Shown here: positions 56,937 through 64,000 of the stretch, piece after piece
Layout: each line of letters starts with the position of its first letter
How positions within the stretch are numbered: position 1 is the first letter of the stretch
Assembly (NCBI GenBank): GCA_043756865.1
Contig: JAYUQG010000019.1
Coordinates: 33,772 to 97,771, forward strand
Reading direction: 5' to 3'
DNA from: a bacterium
GTDB taxonomy: Bacteria; Patescibacteriota; Minisyncoccia; Phycocordibacterales; UBA6899
Length of the DNA stretch: 64,000 nt
The notes under the pieces: model-generated
The model's input: the letters and a program-made list of their open reading frames with translations, nothing else
Told to the model about the DNA's origin: nothing
Database searches by the model: none
Translations under genes and position numbers: made by a program

Positions 56937-57093
56937 GATGAAGTGATTAGCGAGTGATGGGAAAGAGTATACTCCTAGTCCGACAAAAGCAAAAGACCAG
57001 CATTGCGAGTGCTAACTACTGGGGTATGAAAAACCTCGCCCGTGGGCGAGGTGCGATTGGAAAGTACAAACTGTCAGTGCGATGAAGCGCTAA

Positions 57094-58791
57094 TCAGTCG
57101 GCTGACATCAGCCTTTTTGACGAGTGGCGAACGAGTGCCGCCTTTTCGTGTCTCGAGAGTTTTTTCAAACCTCCATCACCGTCGAAACACTTGAGGCAGA
57201 TTCGGTTCTTGCCGAGCCGTTCAATGGTGTTGAGCGACGGGTGGTCGACCATGGTTACCTCGTCCCCACAATGCAGGACGATTGCCTTTACGTCACTAGG
57301 CGCATAGATGTAGTGCGCATTCAGGAACACAACCGGACCAGAAAGATGGATGTGGTAGTTTCCATCAATCATCTTGGAACTTGCAACCGGATTTCTGAAG
57401 AGGCTCCGGAAAACAAAGAACGGCGATGCGTTCGGCTGATGCGTCTTATGTGCCGCCCACAGTGCAATCGCATACACGATCATGAATTCCATGGCCATGG
57501 CGGCTGCCATCCCCCAAAGAATTTCACGGCTATACGCAGCAACACCAACACCGGTTGCAAAGACGGCAAACTGGCCGAGGCCAATATGCGCAAAGTGCAA
57601 CCAAACGCGCGGAGCGCACATCGCGCCTGCCGTAATGGCGATAACCGCAGAAAGTCCGGAGAGCGGAAGGTGGTTAATTACCTCACGTGTAGTTGCAAAG
57701 TAGACAGAGATGAAGATGAACAGGCCGCAGAACGCACCCGACCACAGTGTCTTCGCACCGAGGCTGATATTGAGGGAACTCTTGAGTCCGCCCCAGATGT
57801 GCGTCAGCGCTCCAAAGAAGGAGCCGATGAAGTTTGCGGTGCCCATCGCCTTGAGCGTCAGATTGGGATCCGACGTGCGCTTGTAGTGATCCTTCGCATC
57901 GATACCTTTTGCTGTCGCTGTTGACTCAATCGCATCTACCAAAGTCAGAATCACGACTGCCCACAAAAAGTCCTTCCAGATACTTGGGTCCATCCAGACG
58001 CCAGCAAAGTTTGGAATAACCACTCCTGATGCAAATGGGTCTGCGGGCAAGTGAATGCGGAACTCTGGAGGAAGTAGGAACCAGTAGGAGAGGCCGAGCG
58101 CGAACACCGCCGCTAAGACCTGCGCAGGTATGTAGCGCAAGAATGGCAGTCTCTTGCGCAAGAGGAGAAGCGTCGCCAAGAAAACAAGCGTCGATGCTCC
58201 AATAACAAACACACTCTGGTTTATTTGCGGAATACGCGCAGGAATTTCCGTAAGAATTCCCCACACATCTTGCGACTGAAACTTCACCCCAAAGAACACG
58301 GGGATTTGTTTGACTAGAAGCGAAATGCCGATCCATGCAAACATGCTTTCTACTACCGCATCCGAAAACAACGCGGCGAATCGTGCGAGCTTGAGTTTGC
58401 CAATGATAAACATCAGCACACCCGTGCACATTACGACCGGAAGAAAGAGTGAGTACCCGAGCACTTGGTCACCGTGCCCCAGCTTGTCGATGGTATCGGC
58501 AATAATCGGAGCGAGCGCAGCGGCCGCTCCAGCCACACCAAGGTACGAGCCGCCCATAAACGGGAACAGCACGCACGCAATGATTGCCGAGATGATGCCG
58601 CTCATGGGCGGTGCATGCGAAATCGACGATATCGCGAGGGCAAATATGAGTGCCACGGGGAAAAGCGCAAACCCCGCCGGTAGGTCATAGCGAAGGAATC
58701 GCAGACCTTGTAGTCCATTTTGTGGTACTACATCGGGTGCGGGGTTAAAAAACTCTCGCAACCGATTCCAGACACTTTGGATGTTTGTCAT
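57094..58791 (-). CDS. SulP/SLC26 family anion transporter with C-terminal STAS-like domain
   Basis: DLPAGFALFPVALIFALAISSISHAPPMSGIISAII and ANFIGSFFGAL..GLKSSLNISLGAKT match the SulP signature regions. Confidence 0.75.
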   Translation of the reverse strand: MTNIQSVWNRLREFFNPAPDVVPQNGLQGLRFLRYDLPAGFALFPVALIFALAISSISHAPPMSGIISAIIACVLFPFMGGSYLGVAGAAAALAPIIADTIDKLGHGDQVLGYSLFLPVVMCTGVLMFIIGKLKLARFAALFSDAVVESMFAWIGISLLVKQIPVFFGVKFQSQDVWGILTEIPARIPQINQSVFVIGASTLVFLATLLLLRKRLPFLRYIPAQVLAAVFALGLSYWFLLPPEFRIHLPADPFASGVVIPNFAGVWMDPSIWKDFLWAVVILTLVDAIESTATAKGIDAKDHYKRTSDPNLTLKAMGTANFIGSFFGALTHIWGGLKSSLNISLGAKTLWSGAFCGLFIFISVYFATTREVINHLPLSGLSAVIAITAGAMCAPRVWLHFAHIGLGQFAVFATGVGVAAYSREILWGMAAAMAMEFMIVYAIALWAAHKTHQPNASPFFVFRSLFRNPVASSKMIDGNYHIHLSGPVVFLNAHYIYAPSDVKAIVLHCGDEVTMVDHPSLNTIERLGKNRICLKCFDGDGGLKKLSRHEKAALVRHSSKRLMSAD

Positions 58792-59129
58792 TTTTACTCC
58801 GTTCTATTCAGTTTTCAAGGTACGATTTGTCGAACACAGCAAGCACACCATAGGCCACATATGTCCGGAGGAGAAATCTAGGGTGGATTGAAGTCTTCAA
58901 GATGAAACTTCAATGCACGATACATCACTCCTCTGGGCACGCGAAGCCAAATATTTTCCTATTAAGGAAGAGGTCATTATTATCTTTTTTAAGATACAGT
59001 CAAGCTGATTTATGCACTTTATTATTCTATCATAATATTTAGTAAATGTCAATAATTTACCGCCAAGGGTAAGTTATTCTTCAAATACACTTTCATTTCC
59101 TTAACAAACGTGTTACGTTAGAGCCACTT

Positions 59130-59873
59130 ATGGAAGGAATCCACGTCTCTATTGCAGCCGAGAAACTCACCGTATGGATGGGTGTGCCTATCACAAATAC
59201 GCTCTTGATGAGCTGGATTGTTGTGGCTGTGATAATCACGCTTTCGCTTTTGCTCAACCGTAAACTCGCGGTTATCCCTGGGGCGTTCCAGTCTGTCGTT
59301 GAGGTGCTTGCATTCGAGCTCACCAAGTTTGTCGAAGAAACGCTTGAAAACAAAGAATTAGCACGCCGCTTTACGCCACTCCTATTGGCGATTTTCGTCT
59401 TTATACTCATCGGTAACTGGCTTGAGTTCATTCCGGGGGTTGAAAGTATCCGCTACATCCACGACGGACACTCGGTGCCGCTTCTGCGTTCCATGAATAC
59501 CGACCTCAATATGACCCTCGCGCTCGCCATTATCGCATTTGTAACTATCGAAGTTACCGGAATTGTTGTTATTGGTTTCTGGAAGTACGCGGGAAAATTC
59601 ATCAACTTTAGCTCCTTTATCGGTTTCTTTGTTGGTATCCTCGAACTCCTTTCTGAAGTCATCAGACTCATTTCCTTTTCCTTCCGTCTTTTCGGAAATG
59701 TCTTCGCAGGAAGTGTACTCGTCATGATTATCACTTTTCTGGTACCATACATCATTCCTGTGCCTTTCATTTTATTTGAAGTGTTCGTGGGCTTGATCCA
59801 AGCAGCAGTGTTCATGTTGTTGACACTGTTCTTCATCAAGCTCGCGATCATGAATACTCACGAAGCGCACTAG
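59130..59873 (+). CDS. atpB: F0F1 ATP synthase subunit a
   Basis: SFSFRLFGNVFAG (conserved Arg of subunit a). 5-6 TM segments. Confidence 0.85.
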   Translation: MEGIHVSIAAEKLTVWMGVPITNTLLMSWIVVAVIITLSLLLNRKLAVIPGAFQSVVEVLAFELTKFVEETLENKELARRFTPLLLAIFVFILIGNWLEFIPGVESIRYIHDGHSVPLLRSMNTDLNMTLALAIIAFVTIEVTGIVVIGFWKYAGKFINFSSFIGFFVGILELLSEVIRLISFSFRLFGNVFAGSVLVMIITFLVPYIIPVPFILFEVFVGLIQAAVFMLLTLFFIKLAIMNTHEAH

Positions 59874-59946
59874 TGCGTGGGGTGAGTGGAAATGTGGGGG
59901 AGTTGTATATATTTAGAAGCCTTATAAAAATTAATTCAACATCAGT

Positions 59947-60174
59947 ATGGAACTTGAAGGAGTGAAATTGATTGCCATGGCAATCGCCGTCGGTCTCGGA
60001 GTTTTCGGTCCCGGTATCGGTCTCGGAATTTTGGTCGGTAAAAGTGTCGAAGCAATTGGACGCAATCCTGACGCGTACGGCAAAATTTTTTCTACAATGA
60101 TTCTTGGTGCCGCACTTACTGAGGCACTTGGTATTATCGCTATCGTTGCTGCATTCCTTATTCGATTCTTGTAA
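59947..60174 (+). CDS. atpE: F0F1 ATP synthase subunit c
   Basis: 75-aa hairpin with GxGxGxG and the conserved carboxylate in LTEALGIIA. Confidence 0.85.
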   Translation: MELEGVKLIAMAIAVGLGVFGPGIGLGILVGKSVEAIGRNPDAYGKIFSTMILGAALTEALGIIAIVAAFLIRFL

Positions 60175-60192
60175 TCCGCGAATTACGCCGCC

Positions 60193-60642
60193 ATGGAGAT
60201 TTTTCACGCATTTGGAATAGACTGGAAGCTCATCACCATTCAGGGGATAAACTTCGCCGTGGTGCTTTTTGTGTTACATCGCTACGCCTATAAGCCGATT
60301 ATGGTGCTTATTGCCAAGCGCCAAGCGCTCATCGCCGAGGGGGTCAAAAATGCAGAGGACGCAACCAAGGAGAAAGAGCGCATCGCGATTGACCGCGACC
60401 TCACACTCCAGTCTGCGCGCGAAGAGGGTGGCAAGATATCTGATGGCCTACGGAAGCAAGGAATTGCAGAAGAGCGCGAAATAGTGCGTGTTGCGCAGGA
60501 GAAAAGCAACACCATCCTTGCAGATGCACGTGAGCTAGCCGAAAAAGAGCGCGCGCACATTCTGCGTGAGGCAGAGAGAGAAATCGCTCGCATGGCGGTG
60601 CTTGGTGCCGAAAAAATTCTTCGTAACGGACAAAAAGCCTAA
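60193..60642 (+). CDS. atpF: F0F1 ATP synthase subunit b
   Basis: N-terminal TM followed by a long charged helix. Confidence 0.75.
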   Translation: MEIFHAFGIDWKLITIQGINFAVVLFVLHRYAYKPIMVLIAKRQALIAEGVKNAEDATKEKERIAIDRDLTLQSAREEGGKISDGLRKQGIAEEREIVRVAQEKSNTILADARELAEKERAHILREAEREIARMAVLGAEKILRNGQKA

Positions 60643-60644
60643 TC

Positions 60645-61049
60645 ATGAGAGCCTCTTGGTACGCAAAAGCACTGTACGCACTCGCTGACGAAGGGAAAAC
60701 TCCCGACGATGTGCTGGTGCACAATCTCCTTGCAACCGTGAATGCCAATGGTCATGCGCACATGTTTCCCGCAATTCTGCGTTCGCTTGTGCGTATCGAC
60801 GCGAAGGAGGCAAAAAAACACACTATCGAGGTTACAACGGCAGCAGATACCACCCAAGAAGACGTAGGTAAGTTACTGCGCAAAGAACAATTCGCCACAC
60901 TGCTCTCCACCGACCACAAACGTGTTGTACGCAAAGTCGACCCCACTATCGTTGGCGGAGTCATCGTCAAAACACACGCAAAGATGATAGACACAAGCCA
61001 CAAAGCTGCACTCGTTCACCTTTATCAGGAAATGACCGCCAAATTATAA
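60645..61049 (+). CDS. atpH: F0F1 ATP synthase subunit delta (short form)
   Basis: C-terminal [17 protein letters not shown] delta motif. Only 134 aa. Confidence 0.65.
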   Translation: MRASWYAKALYALADEGKTPDDVLVHNLLATVNANGHAHMFPAILRSLVRIDAKEAKKHTIEVTTAADTTQEDVGKLLRKEQFATLLSTDHKRVVRKVDPTIVGGVIVKTHAKMIDTSHKAALVHLYQEMTAKL

Positions 61050-61068
61050 ATATTGCCCATTACTCACC

Positions 61069-62628
61069 ATGGAACACATCGTAGAAAAACTGAAGAAGCA
61101 AATTGTCGAATTCACCCCCAAAGTGCGCTCTGAAAAGATTGGAGTGGTTGTTTCGACAGCAGACGGAATCGCTGAAGTCGACGGTCTCGACGATGTGATG
61201 ATGGGCGAGATGGTCATGTTTGACGTGAGCGAGGGAAAGAACCTCGAGTCGTCACTTGGCCAAGGCGATGCATTGATTGGTATGGCGCTCAACCTCGAAG
61301 AAGACACCGTAAAGGTGGTTATCTTGGGTGACGCACTCAAGGTGAGCGAGGGAATGACCGTAAAGGCAACGGGCAATATCCTTTCGATTCCTGTTGGGGA
61401 TGACCTTATCGGTCGCGTTGTAGACCCCTTGGGCAATGCAATCGACGGAGGCTTGCCCATTCAGGGCGTACAGCGCAACCCAATTGAGCGCAAAGCGTAT
61501 GGTGTTATCGAACGAAAGTCTGTTTCGACACCACTGCACACGGGTATCAAGGCGATAGACGGCATGGTGCCTATTGGCCGTGGTCAGCGCGAGCTGATCA
61601 TCGGTGACCGCCAGACAGGGAAGACAGTGATTGCCATCGATACTATTTTAAATCAGCTAAACGAGCCGAAAGACAAGCGACCTATTTGTATTTATGTCGC
61701 AATCGGACAGAAGGACTCCAAGATTGCGCGCATCGTACAGCAACTCAAAGACCGTGGAGCGATGGAATACACTATTGTGGTTTCTGCTTCGGTATCTGCG
61801 TCCGCAGCACTGCAGTTCCTTGCACCATACGCAGGTGCTGCAATTGGCGAGTATTTTATGGATGCCGGCAAAGATGCGCTCGTCATCTACGACGACCTCT
61901 CGAAGCATGCCGTGGCATATCGCCAGATGTCGCTCCTTTTGCGCCGTCCTCCTGGCCGTGAAGCGTATCCCGGAGACATTTTCTATCTTCACTCCCGTCT
62001 CCTTGAGCGTGCAGCGCGCCTCTCCGACGCAATGGGTGGAGGCTCACTCACCGCACTTCCCATCATTGAAACACAGGAGAATGACGTATCTGCGTACATC
62101 CCTACAAACGTGATTTCGATTACAGACGGACAAATCTACCTCGAAACAGATTTGTTCAACAAAGGCATCCGCCCCGCTATCAACGTTGGAGTTTCTGTAT
62201 CTCGCGTAGGTTCGTCCGCACAGACAAAGGCAATGAAGAAAGTTGCTGGCAAGCTGCGCCTCGAGCTTGCGCAGTTCCGTGAGCTTGAAGCATTCGTGCA
62301 GTTTTCTTCCGACCTCGATGAAGACACGAAACGCCGCATCGAGAAGGGAAAGCTCATGGTGGAAATCTTGAAGCAAGATAAAAATGCGCCACTCCCATTT
62401 GAAAAAGAAGTGACCATTATTTTCATCGCCGGTTCTGGACTTTTTGACAATGCGGATAAGAGCAAGATTGCGCAAATTGAGGAAGGGTATTTCGCTATGC
62501 TCACTGCACAATATCCTGAAGTCCTGAAGAACATCGCCGAGTCGCGCGACCTCTCTGACGAGTCACAGGCCACCCTGAAAGCCGCAGCAACCGAGTTTAA
62601 AAGAGGAAATACACTCTTCGTCGCATAA
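61069..62628 (+). CDS. atpA: F0F1 ATP synthase subunit alpha
   Basis: [18 protein letters not shown] Walker A. Typical alpha length. Confidence 0.9.
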   Translation: MEHIVEKLKKQIVEFTPKVRSEKIGVVVSTADGIAEVDGLDDVMMGEMVMFDVSEGKNLESSLGQGDALIGMALNLEEDTVKVVILGDALKVSEGMTVKATGNILSIPVGDDLIGRVVDPLGNAIDGGLPIQGVQRNPIERKAYGVIERKSVSTPLHTGIKAIDGMVPIGRGQRELIIGDRQTGKTVIAIDTILNQLNEPKDKRPICIYVAIGQKDSKIARIVQQLKDRGAMEYTIVVSASVSASAALQFLAPYAGAAIGEYFMDAGKDALVIYDDLSKHAVAYRQMSLLLRRPPGREAYPGDIFYLHSRLLERAARLSDAMGGGSLTALPIIETQENDVSAYIPTNVISITDGQIYLETDLFNKGIRPAINVGVSVSRVGSSAQTKAMKKVAGKLRLELAQFRELEAFVQFSSDLDEDTKRRIEKGKLMVEILKQDKNAPLPFEKEVTIIFIAGSGLFDNADKSKIAQIEEGYFAMLTAQYPEVLKNIAESRDLSDESQATLKAAATEFKRGNTLFVA

Positions 62629-62634
62629 ACATCT

Positions 62635-63567
62635 ATGTCGCTCAAAGCAGTCAAAAGCAAAATAAAGTCGATAGACAAGACTCGCCAAGTTACAAAGGCA
62701 ATGGAGGCTGTTTCTGCTGTGAAGATGCGCAAAAGTCAGGCGAACGCGATTGGCATGCGACCGTACGCACTTTCAGCACTCAAAATCCTCCGCAGTATTT
62801 CCGGTGCACTGGAGGCGGCGAATCATCCGCTCACCACACCGCGTGAGGTCAAACGTACCTGTGTGGTCATCGTCTCGGCAGACAAAGGCCTTGCGGGTAG
62901 CTATGGTTCTTCACTGCTCAAAGAGACATACCGCTTTCTTGATGCGCATGGCCTCACTACAGAAAACACGGGCCTTATCATCATTGGAAAGAAAGCATTC
63001 GAGCATTTCACCAAGCGCGGGTGGCACGTCGAGGGATACCACGAGAAGTGGAGCGACCAAGTCACTTTCGACTCCGTTCGTCCACTTGCCGAGCAGCTAA
63101 AAGCACTATATCTCGACGGCAAATATGACCGTGCGTTTATCGTTTACACGAACTTCATCTCGACCTTAAAGCAAAGTGTGTACGCGCGTGAGCTTCTGCC
63201 TGTGCGCTTTGAAGGCATCGAGGAGGTTGTCCGTGGTATAACCCCACTGAAGGGTAAATACTCGGAACTCCGCGAGACCGCCGAGCCGACCGCGGTAAAA
63301 GAATACACATTTGAGCCCAGTGCGGAACATGTACTTTCCGAGCTCATCCCAACACTCTTCAATATTCAAATCTTCCATTCTGTGCTTGAGGCAAACGCAT
63401 CCGAACATTCCGCGCGTATGATTGCAATGAAGAATGCGTCCGACAATGCAGGTGAAATTTCGCGAGGTTTAAAAATTTATTTTAATAAAGTACGACAAGC
63501 GGCAATTACTAAAGAAGTATCTGAAATCGTCGGGGGCATGGAATCAATGAAAGTGATAGATGCATAA
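62635..63567 (+). CDS. atpG: F0F1 ATP synthase subunit gamma
   Basis: MSLKAVKSKIKSIDKTRQVTKAMEAVSAVKMRK N-terminus and ...ITKEVSEIVGG C-terminus. Confidence 0.85.
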   Translation: MSLKAVKSKIKSIDKTRQVTKAMEAVSAVKMRKSQANAIGMRPYALSALKILRSISGALEAANHPLTTPREVKRTCVVIVSADKGLAGSYGSSLLKETYRFLDAHGLTTENTGLIIIGKKAFEHFTKRGWHVEGYHEKWSDQVTFDSVRPLAEQLKALYLDGKYDRAFIVYTNFISTLKQSVYARELLPVRFEGIEEVVRGITPLKGKYSELRETAEPTAVKEYTFEPSAEHVLSELIPTLFNIQIFHSVLEANASEHSARMIAMKNASDNAGEISRGLKIYFNKVRQAAITKEVSEIVGGMESMKVIDA

Positions 63568-63591
63568 TTTATTTATTTTAGAATCAACAAC

Positions 63592-63951
63592 ATGGCTACA
63601 GTATCAAAAGAAGATGTAATCGATGCAATTGCAGAAGAAAGTGAGGAGCGACTCGAGCTTCTCTCCGAATTGTGGAGGAGCATGAATGAGGAAGGAGGCA
63701 CCACTCCGGCAAAGTATGTTGCACACTCGCTTGCCTGCGCAGAGATGCTTTATAAGGCGAAGGCGTATCAGGATACCCTCGACTGGCTCGAGACCATCGG
63801 CGAGGAGATTATCAAGGCAGAGGGGGAGGAAAGTGAGGCATATGTTGCATTCTCAGAAGACGAAGACCTCGAAACACTCCGCATGAATGCACTCGACAGA
63901 AGTGGTCTGGAGGAAGAGGAGGAGGAGGAGTTCAGTGGTGACGACGAATAA
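63592..63951 (+). CDS. acidic hypothetical protein (119 aa) in the position where atpD is expected
   Basis: ATG ORF with an E/D-rich C-terminus (EEEEEEEFSGDDE). No ATPase motifs. Confidence 0.4.
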   Translation: MATVSKEDVIDAIAEESEERLELLSELWRSMNEEGGTTPAKYVAHSLACAEMLYKAKAYQDTLDWLETIGEEIIKAEGEESEAYVAFSEDEDLETLRMNALDRSGLEEEEEEEFSGDDE

Positions 63952-64000
63952 TCAGCCATCAGTCAGTAGTTATAAGTAATAGTAATAAGTAACTAGTTCA

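Noticed and set aside
1-64000. CRISPR arrays, rRNA genes, transposases or integrases
   Set aside because: No regularly spaced short repeats, no rRNA-like conserved blocks, and no transposase or recombinase motifs found on reading the window. The two MITE-like copies are non-autonomous.

Overview
This 64 kb window is a gene-dense bacterial chromosomal segment with about 47-50% GC and many short, partly overlapping genes. Most of it is housekeeping on the + strand. It carries the complete nucleotide-excision-repair set (uvrB, uvrA, and a short uvrC lacking the C-terminal HhH region). It carries a glycogen and glucose cluster: glycogen-synthase-like GT, GH57, GH15, pgi and a ROK glucokinase. Other housekeeping genes are folA plus a long tandem-domain ThyX-like protein, tgt, gdhA, ddl, and xseA/xseB (xseA carries an N-terminal HRDC-like domain). 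The start of an F1Fo ATP synthase operon is present in the order atpB-E-F-H-A-G, with no atpD before the window ends. There are two convergent tRNA-Ala genes (anticodons UGC and GGC), a lytic transglycosylase, CcdA, a processive GT2 synthase, a NOX-like ferric reductase, a SulP transporter next to a mini beta-carbonic-anhydrase-like protein, a UvrD-helicase/RecB-nuclease fusion, and a FIST-sensor/histidine-kinase/tandem-receiver module. The most unusual stretch is an AT-richer, co-directional island at roughly 0.65-9.6 kb. It is made almost entirely of uncharacterised proteins with nucleic-acid-processing hallmarks: a triple zinc-ribbon protein, a DUF2779-type PD-(D/E)xK nuclease, a DUF2130 zinc-ribbon/coiled-coil protein, two unknowns, and a zinc-ribbon-containing SF1 UvrD-like helicase with a large insertion. 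I flag it as a candidate, apparently undescribed defence or DNA-processing system. A ~190 bp palindromic MITE-like element occurs twice (about 40.8 kb and 46.5 kb). I found no CRISPR array, rRNA or transposase. Many M starts in the supplied ORF track are actually TTG or GTG codons, so I re-derived ATG starts where the sequence supports them. Family assignments rest on motifs read by eye, with no database search run. The small-genome, CPR/Patescibacteria-like flavour (short uvrC, short ATP synthase delta, lysine-rich protein tails) is inference only.
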